64,000 nucleotides of DNA from Octopus vulgaris (taxonomy: Eukaryota): assembly GCA_951406725.2 (NCBI GenBank), contig OX597815.1:166098001-166162000 (forward strand), read 5' to 3'. The notes under the pieces are model-generated. The model saw only the letters and a list, made by a program, of their open reading frames with translations. It was not told the DNA's origin and did no database searches. A program made the translations under genes and the position numbers. Shown here piece after piece: positions 42,205 through 55,961 of this stretch (within the stretch, counting starts at the first letter, position 1; each line of letters begins with the position of its first letter).

Positions 42205-42438
42205 TATTTCTTTACTACCCACAAGGGGCTAAACACAGAGAGGACAAACAAGGACAGACAAACGGATTAAGTCGATTACATCGACCCCAGTGCGTAACTG
42301 GTACTTAATTTATCGACCCCGAAAGGATAAAAGGCAAAGTCAACCTCGGCGGAATTTGAACTCAGAACGTAGCGGCAGACGAAGTACGTCTACGCATTTC
42401 GCCCGGCGTGCTAACGTTTCTGCCAGCTCGCCGCCTTA
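42205..42438 (-). mobile_element. SINE family C (long tail) with TSD
   Basis: aacgccaacaacgtatc at 42188 and aacgccaacaacatatc at 42439. Confidence 0.93.
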
Positions 42439-42619
42439 AACGCCAACAACATATCATCAACGTATGCTGCACGAGCCAATGCATGTCACATGCTGACTTT
42501 GTTGTTGATGATAACGACAACGACGACAAAGACAGCGATGGCGACGGCGGCGGCGGTTGCAGCGGCGAGAACAATTGCAAATAAAAATGCTATCAATACC
42601 AGTAATAAAGGCTTCATTT

Positions 42620-42834
42620 AAGGTGGCGAGCGAGCAGGATCGTTAGCACGCCGGGCAAAATGCTTAGCGGCATTTCGTCCGTCTTTACGTTCTGAGTTCA
42701 AATTCCGCCGAGGTCCACTTTATCTTTCATTCTTTTAGGGTCGATAAAATACGTACACGTTGAGCACTGGGGTCGATGTAATCGACTTATTCCTTCTCCA
42801 AAACTTCTGGTCTTGTGCCAAAATTTGAAGCCAT
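42620..42834 (+). mobile_element. SINE family C (short tail)
   Basis: Head and core match the other C copies. Confidence 0.88.
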
Positions 42835-43179
42835 ATAGGTTTCATTTGTTGGAGCATCCAATCAATATATTTCGTTGGGAGGAAATATGAGGATAATACG
42901 TCTAAGACTCACAGGCAGACTTTTCTTTCTATCTCTTAGGAACATGGTGGAAGAGAACCAACAAAGAACTGAAATGGCTTCGCCCTATTAGCTATGCAAC
43001 AACTTATTCTTTGCTTGATGTTTAAGATCCCGGAAATCAATATTAATACACAAGCCAAGCGCTTGACCTGCCAGATAGATATTGCATCTAGATATCCCAC
43101 AAACTACATAGAACTGTCTTTTAGAAAAGGGAGAACAGCAGATAAAATAATAGAGTCCTCGATGTACATAACCTTTTTT

Positions 43180-43380
43180 AATTTTGGCACAAGGTCAGCA
43201 AATTTATGGGGAGGAAAATGTCGACTACATCCATTCAAGTGTTCAACTGGTACTTATTTTATCGTCCTCGAAAGAATGAAAGGCAAACTTAAGTGCGGTG
43301 GTGTTTGAACTCAGAACGTAAAGATCTGAAAGGAAAGCCGCTCAGCAATTTGTCCAACACGATTACGATTCTGACAGGCT
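43180..43380 (-). mobile_element. SINE family C, old copy
   Basis: caactggtacttattttatcg..gaatgaaaggcaaa..tttgaactcagaacgta. Confidence 0.75.
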
Positions 43381-43899
43381 CTGGTTTAGTCCGTGATATA
43401 CATAATTCTTGAAAAAAGAAAAAGGACGTGACAGTCACTGCTGGAACATCTTTGACCCTAGTTCTAACCTATGGGACTAAACAGTGATAAAAGGAACAAA
43501 CAGCACTGGGAAAGAATTGAGGAAAGAACTTAGGGTAGGAGATGGAATGGAAAAAAGCGAATTGTAAAACTGCGTAAATATAACTGCGGGTGGGATGAAA
43601 GGGTAAAGGAAGAGGAGAAAGAGAAAATGGAAGAAAGTGGGAGGAAGGCTAAGATGTCACGTGGTTAGTTGGCTGGTGAAAAAAAAAACAAAAAAAAAAC
43701 GAAGCAAGAAATAACCAAGAGAAAAAAAATTTACGTTTCAAAGACAATAATAGCAATGAAGAAAGGGGAAATGTGAATTTTGATGGATACTACGTCTAAA
43801 TAGATTGTTGGGTGCAGAATTGAATAAGGGGGGGGGGAATGAAGGAGAATTGAAGAGAAGGAGGGAGAAATGGAAGTGCAGATGTCTCCTCCGAAAGAA

Positions 43900-44160
43900 G
43901 GTGGTGGTGTTGGTGTTGGTGTTGGTGGTGGTGTTGGTGGTGGTGTTGGTGTTGGTGTTGGTGGTGGTGGTGGCGGCGGCGGTGGCGGAAACGGAGAAAA
44001 GAAAGAAACATGTGAAAATGTTTAAAAAGGAATGGATCAGAAAAGAAGACGTCGACAGCGACGAAGGAGTTGACAGAAGAAAAAGAAGAAGAAGAAGAAG
44101 AAGAAGAAGAAGAAGAAGAAGAAGAAGAAGAAGAAGAAGAAGAAGAAGAAGAAGAAGGAG

Positions 44161-44210
<50 letters not shown>

Positions 44211-44385
44211 TAAGAAGAGGTGAATAAGACGAGGAGGAGACGGAAGAGGGGAAGAAGTAGCAGTTAGAGAGGATATGTTAAGTTTTACAGCGGTGTGTGT
44301 GTGTGTGTGTATGTATGTGTGTATGCGAGGAAGAGAGACTTGAAGAAAGAGAGGGGAGAGAGAAAGAGAGAAAGAAAGATATATG

Positions 44386-44421
<36 letters not shown>

Positions 44422-44586
44422 TGAAAGAAATAGAGAGAGAGAGATGAAAGAAATACAGAAAGATATAGACATAAATGCGAGGAGTAGTAGGAAGTGTTTG
44501 AACGAGGAAATAGGAATTAGAACGAGTTACAGAGAATAGTAGTGTTAAGATAGACAGTCTGATAAATGGACAGACACTGTAATATA

Positions 44587-44677
<91 letters not shown>

Positions 44678-44698
44678 GTAGATATGTATGTGTGTATA

Positions 44699-44754
<56 letters not shown>

Positions 44755-44787
44755 AATGTAGATATGTATGTGTGTAATATATTTATG

Positions 44788-44822
<35 letters not shown>

Positions 44823-45099
44823 GTAGATATATAGATATATACATATGTAAATTACACACACAGACGTGTACACACATATACGGAGAGAGCGAGAGAGAGA
44901 GAGAGAGAGAGAGAGAATTGTGGACATACAGAAAGTGTGATGGACGGATATCTGACGAGTGAGATACAAAGTTGGACGAAGGGGAGAAAGACTCAGAGAC
45001 AGAGAAAGTCAGAGAGACAGAATATAGAGAGAAGGAGAGAGGGAGAGAGAGAGAGAAAGATGGTGAGCGAGAGACTGAGAGGTCATAGAGAGAGAGTGA

Positions 45100-45136
<37 letters not shown>

Positions 45137-45514
45137 CAGTGCAGAGGTGAATGAGTGAAGGGCAAGTAATAAATTGCATTAGCGGGAGGTGAGAGTAAAT
45201 GAGTGATGGTATGAGAGGAAAATAAGAGGGTCAAAGAGTGGTAGGGATACAGTAAAAGAGAGGAGAAAGAGAGAAGAGGAGTCAGGGTGAGATGGAGGAG
45301 AGGAAAGACAAAGAGAGACAGGCGGGGAAAAAGCAGAGAGATGTTGCTTCGAGAGATCTTGTGAGGGAATGAGAAACCGAAAGGCTGCTGGTAAGCTAGA
45401 ATGAGAAAGAGAGAGAGTAAGTGAGAGAGAGAGAGAGAGAGAGAAAGGAGGGGAGGCAGACAGAGATGGAGAGATAGAAAGAGAGAGGGTAGAGAGAGGG
45501 AAAGTAGAGAGAGG

Positions 45515-45551
<37 letters not shown>

Positions 45552-46446
45552 AAGACAGACAGAAATAAAGTAATAAAGGAATAAAAATGAATGATTGATA
45601 TAAGGTGGAATAGACGCACATATGAATATACATACACATATACATATATATATATATACACACATGCATATATAATATAAACCTTGCATAAACTATAAAT
45701 ACACACAAAGGCATACGCATACACACACACACACACACATACACACACACACACACACACAAGTAAATCCATGTATAGACACTTGTTCATATGTGTTCTT
45801 GTGTGTAAATCTATCTGATGTTCTAATTATGTAAATCTGTTGCTCTTTCGGTACATACATACATACATACATACATACACACATACACACATACATAATA
45901 CATACATACATACACACATACATACATACATACATACATACATACATAATACATACATACACACATACACACATACATAATACATACATACACACATACA
46001 TACATACATACACACATACATACATACATACATACAAACATACATACATACATACATACATACACACATACATAATACATACATACATACACACATACAC
46101 ACATACACACATACATACATACATACATACATACATACATACATACATACATACATACATACACACATACATAATACATACATACATACACACATACATA
46201 ATACATACATACATACATACATATGTATATACGATACATATATACATATATAAGTATATATATATATACACACATATATATATAAGCATATAGGTATCTA
46301 TGTATGTGTATATATATGTGTGTATGTATGTATATATGTATGTATGTATGTATGTATGCATGTATGTGTGTATGAATGCATACATACATACATATAAATA
46401 GTTATTTATCTTTATATAAGTATATAGGTGTCTATGTGTGCGTGTG

Positions 46447-46477
<31 letters not shown>

Positions 46478-46759
46478 ATGTGTGTGTGTTTGTATGTGTG
46501 TGTGTATATATGTATATACATACATATATATGTGTGTGTGTAGATATATATATGTATCTATATTTAATATATATATTCGTATCTATCTATATCTATACAT
46601 GATATATATATATATATATGTGTGTGTGTATACATATATGCGTGTATATATATATAAATATATATATATATAATATATATTCACACACACCCATATGTAT
46701 ATGAATACATACATATAGGTGTGTGTGTGTGTGTGTGTAGGTGTCTGAGTGAGTTCGCG

Positions 46760-46805
<46 letters not shown>

Positions 46806-48733
46806 GGAGAGAGAGAGAGTCAGGGAGAGAGAGAGAGTCAGACAGACAGACAGGCAGGTAGAATGAGAGAGAGAGAGAACCAGACAGAAATTGGGTGAAA
46901 CAAGAAGGAAAGAGGGAACAGAGAGAGAGAAAGAATAATAATGAAAAAAAAAAGCGAGAGAGGGAGAGAGAGAGAGAGAGAGAATGAGAGAGAGAGAGAG
47001 GGAGGGAGAGAGAATGAGAAAGAGAAAAAGCGGAGAAAGAAAGGATGAAAGAATGAGCAAGAAATAGTGGGGAAGATTATAAAATATATGGAGAGAGGGA
47101 TTTTTTGAGGCAGACGAAATAAATACGTAATAAAATGATCCGTTGGACGTTGTCCACGTGATTATATCATGCTGTTAGGGAACAGGACGGCTGGGGCGTG
47201 TTATTGTAGTGGTGGTGGTGGTGGTGGTGATGGTGGTGGTGGTGCTTCTGTTGCTGGTGGTAGTTGTGCTGGTGGTAGTTGTGATGGTTGTAGAGGTACT
47301 GTACTGTTTCGTAGTGGTACCAGTGGTAGTGGTGGTGGTGGTGGTGGTGGTGTTGGTGGTGCTTCTGCTGCTGGTGGTTGTGCTGGTGGTAGTTGTGATG
47401 GTTGTAGTGGTACTGTTCGTAGTGGTACCAGTGGTAGTGGTGGTGGTAGTAGTGATGATTGTGGTAGTCTTGGTGGTGGTGGTAATGGTAGGGGTTTGTG
47501 ATGGTAGGGCTAAGGGTAGTGGTGGTTGTGCTGGTGGTAGTTGTGATGGTTGTAGTGGTACTGTTCGTAGTGGTACCAGTGGTAGTGGTGGTGGTGGTGG
47601 TGGTGGTGGTGGTAGTAGTGATGATTGTGGTAGTCTTGGTGGTGGTGGTAATGGTAGGGGTTTGTGATGGTAGGGCTAAGGGTAGTGGTGGTCGTTTGCG
47701 ATGGCTGTAGCGATTAATGATGATTGTTGTATTGGTTGTAGTGATGGTGGTAGTAGTGGTGGCAGTAGTGGTGGTGGTGGTGGTGGTGGTGGTGGTGGTG
47801 GTAGTGGTGGTGATTATAGTGGTGGTTATGGTAGCACTGGTGTTGGCAGTGGCGGTGGTACTGGCATGGCGATGGTTGTAGTGATGGTGGTAATGAAGGC
47901 GTTACTCGTCATCGTTGTGGTTGCCGTGGTAGTGCTTGCAGTGATGGTGGCAATGGTGGCGGTAGTGATGGCGGTAGTAGTGGTGGCGATGGCTGTAGTG
48001 GTGGAGATGGTGGCGGTGGTGGCGATGTCATTGGTGGTGACGATGGTGGTGGCTGCGGTGGTGGTGGTGGTAGTGGTGGTCGTAATAGCGGTAGTAATGT
48101 CTATGATAGTTACGGTGTTAGTATCAGTGGTGATGGTTGGTGTAGTAATTACAGTTGCGTAACAACAATGGTAGTAGCAGCAGCAGTAGTAGTATTAAAG
48201 ATGGTAGAAGTAGTGGTTGTTGTAGTGGTACTTTTGATGGTAGTGATAACAGTAGTAGCGGTGATGGTTGTGGTGGTGGTAATGATTGTAACAGAGGTGG
48301 TTGTGGTGTTAGTACTTGTAGTGATGTCAGTGGTCGTATTGAGAGTTGTGGTGGTAGTAGTAATCATGGTACTGGTGGTGGTGGTGGTGGTGGTAGTGGT
48401 AAATGGTAGTGGTTGTGCTCGTAGTGGTGGATTGATGGTAGTAGTTTGGATGAGAGTGGTCTTGACTGTGTTGGTATAAGTGGTGGCAGTAACGATGGTA
48501 GTTGTAGTGTAGTAACGATGGTAATAGCGGTTGTGGTGGTAGTGTCGGTGGTTGTAACGAAAATAGGTGAAGCTAACAGTTGTAGTGGTGTTGTAGGTTG
48601 CAGTGGTAATGATGACGACGATGATGATGATGAAGATGATGATGATGGAAGATTGTTAGTATAATTGGTTGATGGTGGTGGTGGTGGTGGAGGATATTAC
48701 AGTACTACGTATTTGTATCAGAGATGATAGCAA

Positions 48734-48774
<41 letters not shown>

Positions 48775-48911
48775 GCTATGTATATGTATATATGTATCTA
48801 ATGCATATGTATATATATGTGTATATATATCTAATGTACATATGTATATATATATGTATATACATATATACACACATATACACATGTATATATATTTATA
48901 TATGCATATAA

Positions 48912-48942
<31 letters not shown>

Positions 48943-48987
48943 ACATATATCTATACACTTATGTATATACACATATACACACATACA

Positions 48988-49026
<39 letters not shown>

Positions 49027-49219
49027 TCATATATACGTATAAACATGCATACATATGTATATATAAATATACATATATACATGTATTTATATACATACAT
49101 ATGCACATATACATATAAACATACATACATACATACATAATATATATATATACATATACGCACATACATACATATCTATATCTATATCTATATTTATATC
49201 TATATTATCTCTCTCTCTC

Positions 49220-49272
<53 letters not shown>

Positions 49273-49733
49273 TATTATAATATATATATAAACGTCTATA
49301 CCTGCATAAATACACACACATATATTCATGTATAGATACACACACACACTCGTCTGCACGTATATACGTATGTATGTATGCATGTATGTATGCGTGTGTA
49401 ATACTATGTAGTGTGCAGATAGCGGATACATAGTTACTTATTTGTGTCGTGGAAATAGCATTTTTTTTTGCTAGCAGTGTATAAACGAATGACATCGGTA
49501 TTGTTGGTGCTGTTAGTGTTGGAAATGATGACGATAATGATGACAATGACAACAACAACAACAACGACGACGACGACGGCGGCGGCGGCTGCGACGACGA
49601 AGATGAAAAGGATGATGCTGACGATGAGGATGGTACCCGATGACGATGATGATGATGATGATGACGATGATGAAGACAACGCTGATGACGATAATGACGA
49701 CGATAACGACGACGACAACGATGTCGTTGGTGG

Positions 49734-49777
<44 letters not shown>

Positions 49778-49943
49778 GTGGTGTTGATGATGATGATGAT
49801 GATGACGATGACGATGATGATGATGATGATGATGATGGTGGTGTTGATGATGATGATGATGATGACGATGACGATGATGATGATGATGATGATGATGATG
49901 GTGTTGATGACGTTGACGATGATGATGATGATGATGATGGTGT

Positions 49944-49988
<45 letters not shown>

Positions 49989-50060
49989 CGATGATGAAGA
50001 CAACGCTGATGACGATAACGACGACGACGATAACGACGACAACGATGTCGTTGGTGGTGG

Positions 50061-50094
<34 letters not shown>

Positions 50095-50520
50095 ACGACG
50101 ACGACGACGATGGACTACGAGACGATGGTCGATGACGACTATATCGCCCGCCCGTCAAGGATGATGATGATAATCATCATAATGACGATGACGACGATGA
50201 TAATGATGACGGCGACGATGATGACGGCGATGATGATGTTAACGGCACTGAAGATGATGTAGACGACGCTGACGATGATGCTGATGATAGTGAAGATGAC
50301 GACGACGACGACGATGACGCAGTTGATGACGACGAGGTTGATGATGATGATGATGGTGATGATAGTGAAGATGACGACGTCGACGACGACGATGATGCTA
50401 ATGATAATGAAGACGACGATGACGACGACGATGATGCTGATGATAATTAAGACGACGATGACGCAGTTGATGACGACGAGGTTGATGATGATGATGATGA
50501 TGATGATGGTGATGACGATG
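43900..50520. repeat. Dense simple-repeat/low-complexity block: (GAA)n, (GA)n, (CATA)n, (TA)n, (GGT)n-rich 47205-48690, (GAT/GAC)n-rich 49525-50520
   Basis: Directly visible. Internal 60-300 bp re-duplications are present. Confidence 0.95.
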
Positions 50521-50594
50521 TGGCGCTCGTGGTAAAATTTATATGATTTGGGGTAGTTCGTTAATGATAGCAATTGTTGTTATCAATATTGCTC

Positions 50595-51052
50595 TTCGCT
50601 TAACCCCATGTCAACGCTTATCAAGCAGAACTATTGGTCGAAGAAATTCAGAAATCCAAAAGTGACCATCTCGTCATCTTCCCCTTCTCTCTACAGGGAA
50701 CCCAGTGGGTACATTATCCAACATGTTCAGCACTAAAACTACGAGGTGTATGATTTGAGAGAAATTTAGCTGCTATTTCTACAGGCCGTGCAACCACAAT
50801 GAGGCTACGGTGGCCTCGTTAGCTAGTATCAGTATTGTTTGCGACGTAGTTGCACAAGTGGTGGTGAAGATAATGCTTCGGTGGTAGTATAAATATAGTT
50901 AGTGACTGTGTGGTAAGTAGCTTGCTTACCAACCACATGGTTCTGGGTTCAGTCCCACTGCGTGGCATTTTGGGCAAGTGTTTTCTTCTATAACCTCGGG
51001 CCGACTAAAACCTTTTGAGTGGATTTGGTTGACGGAAACTGAAAGAAGCCCG

Positions 51053-51110
<58 letters not shown>

Positions 51111-52165
51111 GTATATATATGTTTCTGTGTCTGTGTTTGTGCCCCCAACATCGCTTGACAACCGATGCTGGTGTGTTTATGTCCCCGTAACTTAGCGGTT
51201 CGGCAAGAGAACCGATAGAATAAGTACTAGGCTTATAAAGAATAAGTCCTGGGATCGATTTGCTCGACTAAAGGCGGTGCTCCAGTATGGCCGCAGTCAA
51301 ATGACAGAAACAAATTAAAGAAAAGTGGTAATATTGTTGTTAATGGTGCTGATAGTGACAAGGATGATGTTTCTTTGGCCCCAGATTAATCCTGATCCAG
51401 CACGCTTTTGATCAAAAGCATTCCAGCCATGACCATCCCGTTTTTTTCTCTTTCTCTCAGTCTGTCTTTAGAACCACACCAACCAATGTGTCTTTCCCTT
51501 TATTTAAGACGAAAGGGTAGAACATCTGAATGAGATTTGGCTGTTATTTCTAGCAAATAGAGCAAGTACGTAATGCAGGCACGAGTAACCTTTTTCGAGA
51601 AGCGGGGCCAGATGCGACATGACTCTTCATGAGGCGGGCCACACTGTGTCAATCAAAAGCCCTCGCGAGCCGCAGTTTGCCTATGATTAACGTAGAGGCA
51701 TCCTTGCTGGTTCGTGGTTTCTTTATTGTAATTATTTAACCTCTAGTCATCACTGATTGAGCCAAAGGAATTCTTACCGTGACCATCTCATATAATTAGA
51801 CAGAGTATATCTAAGAGTTCATTATCAAATATGTTCATTTTTTCTTTTTAGATGGTAGAGTATTTTCAGAAAGATGTAGCTGCTATTTCTAACAGGTCGA
51901 GCCCCCATGCTCGCTCGATCTTATTACTGTGGATTTTGGTAAGAAAGCTAGTGGTATTGTTGTTGTTGATGCTATTTAGCCTTGGGTCATCCTTGGTCAA
52001 GCAGACCTATGATGAAAGCGCACCATCTTGATCAGGTCCATTTTTTTTCAGACACAGTGTATCTAGGACTACATTTTTCCAATGTATTATCGTCAAGAAG
52101 ATAGAAATGTATGATTTGAGGAATATTTGACTGATGTTTCTAGCAGATCGAGCGACCACTTGCTT
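50595..52165 (+). repeat. Cluster of four diverged copies of an old ~200-bp dispersed repeat (family F)
   Basis: Recurrent ttagccc..gatc.agcagacctatgatcaaag..gtgaccatc...gctgctatttcta.cagg at ~50595, 51372, 51735 and 51975. Further copies at ~39180(-), ~53460(-), ~59060 and ~59550. Confidence 0.75.
50900..51324 (+). mobile_element. SINE family B
   Basis: Near full length with an internal (TA)n and a CR1-like tail. Confidence 0.92.
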
Positions 52166-52426
52166 GGAATTTGTTCTCGTTGGTTTGGTCGGGAGTGGGT
52201 GACGATGGCTGAGGGTGGTGGCGTTATCGTCGAGGTATGTATGGCGTACAAAGGCGGTGGTGGAGGTGGCGAAGTAATGGTGGATGTATGCCAGTAGCAG
52301 AATTGTGATGGCGATGGTTGTGTGAGGTTGGTGAAGGGTTTAGGGGTGATAAAAAGTAAGGAGTGGCGGGGGGGGGGAATCATTCATGTGATTGTGACTG
52401 GAAAAAGTGACTGGTAAACTACGTTC

Positions 52427-52501
<75 letters not shown>

Positions 52502-52661
52502 ACACACACACACACACGCACACACACACATACGCACTCACATATTTACACACGTGTAAATATATGTGTGTGTATGCGTGTAAATATTTGCGTGTGCGTG
52601 TGTGTATGCGGAGTCCAATACTCTTCTATGAATGTAAAACTCAACGTTGAAGCGAAATGTT

Positions 52662-53268
52662 CGAGGGTGTGCTGAAAATTCCTGGCTTTGAGTAAAAGAA
52701 AATACAGGAGGATCAGTGAATTAAGATTTTATTCAACACTAGCAGTATCGCCCGGCGTTGCTCGGGTTTGCTTCGACCCTTTAGAATTGAAAGTTTTGAA
52801 AAGTAAAAATTTTGCATTACGTAGCTTGTTATTCTCTTTAAGTGAACATTTTCTGGTTGAAATACACTGAAAAATGGCGACACAGCAGTCAAAAAATCGT
52901 AAAATATAGGGATCTTAGTAGAAAAAAAGCACCTTTTTGATGTAAATAATTTTTGGTGTTAACATGGTCCGATCTGAATTTTTTCTTCTACGGAAGGAAG
53001 AGCAAGCCTTCTTCTATCATACTCTCAATTTTGGTCAACTTGCGCCGCAGGGTCTCAGAGGAGATAGTGTTAGTTGAAGGTTACCAAACCTGCCATACAC
53101 AGAGAACTTCAGCTTTATATATTAAGAGATATTCCCCTCACAGATTCCCACACTTATTGCAGTGGTCTTTCAGTTTTTGTTAGCCCTGAAAAAGAACTCG
53201 GAAGGTTGAGACTCCAACCAGGCCTTTCGCGACACCCTTACAGCCAGGAACCTTTCAGCACTCCCATG
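52662..53268. mobile_element. mariner-type MITE split by a Helitron
   Basis: TIRs cgagggtgtgctgaaaattcctggct and agccaggaacctttcagcactccc. Confidence 0.8.
52739..53129 (-). mobile_element. Complete non-autonomous Helitron
   Basis: Minus strand: A|TC start, subterminal hairpin cccgagcaacgccggg, CTAG|T end, no TSD. Removal restores ttcaacatattcccc. Confidence 0.88.
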
Positions 53269-53281
53269 TTTATATGTAATG

Positions 53282-53320
<39 letters not shown>

Positions 53321-53737
53321 ATTTGCCGTTGATCGCGACGAAGAGTATACATTTTCTTTTCCATAGAACTGAATTCTTCTTCGTGAAATTAACGCTGAGT
53401 ATTCCCACATAGTTAAGTGTATCCTCTACTTTGTCGCTCTATACTATATCGTACTATACAGCCTTGAAGAAAGAAGGATACATTTGATTATGATATACTT
53501 CCATATATATTTGTCTGGAAAACAAAAGACGAGCTGTTCATAGCTGGAACAACTTTGATCATTGGCCTGATTAGAGCTAACATTGGATTAAGCAATACCA
53601 ATAGTTACAACTACATTCGAGAAAGGTAATACTGCAGTGAGGCAAGCTGTTCGTAAACCGAGTTCATGAAATTTTTCTTTTTGTATATTTTTAGTTGTAA
53701 CCATTTCACAATGTTACTGATGCTTCTGGGAGAGGCA

Positions 53738-53889
53738 TGAATGTCATATAATCGTATTTCCTTGCTCCTACAAACCTGAAGCTCTATGTTTATATAAAAC
53801 GAAGACCTATATTTTTTTGAGCTTCGTTTTTTTATAGAGACGGAACTTCGGGTTTATGAGAAAAACGAAATGAGATAATGTGTCATTCA
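53738..53889. repeat. Imperfect ~70-bp-arm palindrome
   Basis: 53738-53804 aligns with the reverse complement of 53822-53889 with many substitutions. Confidence 0.7.
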
Positions 53890-53990
53890 GCATAGTTATT
53901 TTTCTTTAAATAAATACATACATTCTGAGCAAACTCTATGTTTGTATTTTATACAGGTGACTATATTTCGTAACCAGTATTACATCGGTG

Positions 53991-54205
53991 AAAGCGGTGA
54001 GCTGGCAAAATCGTTAGTGCACCGGAAAGAATGTTCAGCGGTTTTTCGTCTGTCTATATATTCTGAGTTCAAATTCCACCGAATTCAACTATGCCTTTCA
54101 TAATTTCGGGGTCGATAAAATAAATACCAGTTGAGCACTGGGACCGATGTAATCAATTTGCCCTCCCTTCTCCTAAAATTTCAGGCCTTGTACCCATAGT
54201 AGATA
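53991..54205 (+). mobile_element. SINE family C (short tail)
   Basis: Head and core match. Confidence 0.85.
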
Positions 54206-55334
54206 GAATTATTAAATCGGAGAAATGCGAAGGATGGTGTCTTCTTTTAGTGAACATCTATGTCACAGAAATGCTATGAAAATCTCGACATGGGATTAAA
54301 ACCATACCTGTGACCATTTGATTTACTGTATTAGATTCAAATGTCACCTCATACAACACCACCATTCATCCTTCGGTGTTGATGAAATAAATAACTGCCG
54401 ATTCAATTAGTTGTAATTATTACCGATAAAATTTGAAGTTATACCTATTCAAAATTATCTTCAAAATCTTGGAAAAGTATTGGTGTCTAAAATTGCCTCT
54501 AGATCTCAAATGTTCCTTTCTTTACCTTTTTTTCTTACTTCTTTTTAATCATTGATTGGAAACGAATCCTGCCTTGCTGCTTGTTGCTACGAATCCAGAA
54601 TCATCACAAACGAAATCATTTGACGAAGGTTCTTGGCGCATCAGCTTAAGATTGACACGGAGTTCATCACGATGTTTCTGTCCGCTCACTTCAATTCTAC
54701 TCACTCCCAACCGTTTTTTAACCTAGTGAAACATAATGTTCTCTACTCGTTTCGCTTTTAAGAATGTCTTCCCGAAAGTCGAGATCAATAAATATTACAA
54801 CTATAAATCTATCGCAGAAGAACAATTCAAACATCATATAGACATCTTATTCTGTTTATATTTCTGTGATTCATACTGACATCTTACTCTGTCTATAATT
54901 CTGTGATTCTAAATATCGATTTCTCTATCAATTTCTATGAGTCTAAATAAAATCCTGCACTTTTGCCTGCATGGCATATGAGTGATGTTCACAGAATTGC
55001 TGTCTCGTAGATTATATTGTTATCACTTGTTTTATCAATACATTCACGGGACTGATATATCAAACTATAACAAACTGTATAATTGTCTACCATGTTCAGT
55101 ACTAATAATACTCATTGTTGATTACTTGGTCATGCTAAAATTGTCTTGCTACCTTATATGGAATAAATCAATATGTTACATATGTAATTAATTGATAGTT
55201 AAACCGTATGATTGTTATTAATAACATATTTATTATAAATACGTAGACAAGAAATGTGTTTTATTTAGCTGATTTTTGGATGGTAAATATATATATTTTC
55301 TGATTTGAAAATTAATATTTTCATTATTTTGTAT

Positions 55335-55640
55335 AAGTTCCATAGCCTGGGCTTCAGAGGTACACAACTCTTCAATATCTTCCCGAAGGACCTGAGAGAC
55401 CTGAGAGGGGTGGATGTAGGTGTCTTCAAATAAAGCTGGACCTCTTCCTGTCAAGTGTCCCAGATGAACCAGCTTCGCGGCAGGAGGCACAGATGAGTGC
55501 AGCTGCATCAAACTCTGTCATGCAACAAATGTCAATTCCTAATAAACATTCGTGAAAAAAAGTATGTAGCAACACCAAATGGCGGTGCCCCAGCATGGCT
55601 ACAGCTCGTGAGCTGAAACTAGATAAAATAAAATAAATAA
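55335..55640 (+). mobile_element. CR1-clade LINE extreme 3' end
   Basis: GTQLFNIFPKDLRDLRGVDVGVFK / KLDLFLSSVPDEP, then tail ggcggtgccccagcatggctacagctcgtgagctgaaactaga and (aaaat)n. Confidence 0.85.
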
Positions 55641-55745
55641 ATATGTAAAATTATCATATTAAAGTAGTTGGATATCCATCTAATATTGCCCATAACGGCA
55701 TAAGTATAATTCCAACGGTACTCGATATATGATGAGTTTATATAT

Positions 55746-55961
55746 TGGTTTCAAATGTTGGCACAATGCCTGCAATTTTGAGGAAGGAGCTAAGTCGATT
55801 ACTTCGACCCCAGTGCTCAACTGATACTTAATTTATCGACCCTGAACAGATGAAAGGCAAAGTCGATCTCGGCGGAATTCGAACTCAGAACTTAAGGACG
55901 GACGAAATGCTGCTAAGCATTTTGCTCGGCATGCTAACGACTCTGTCAGCTCGTCGCCTTA
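55746..55961 (-). mobile_element. SINE family C (short tail)
   Basis: Full head, core and tail on the minus strand. Confidence 0.88.

Noticed and set aside
44545-46389. 405-aa and 230-aa ORFs
   Set aside because: They are (GA)n, (TA)n and (CATA)n translations lacking stops by composition.
47169-48700. Gly/Ser/Cys-rich ORFs resembling structural proteins
   Set aside because: They derive from GGT-based low complexity with local duplications. Several frames are open, frames end in stops, and no splice support is visible.
49205-50573. His-rich and Asp-rich long ORFs
   Set aside because: These are translations of (GAT/GAC)n tracts that are open on both strands.
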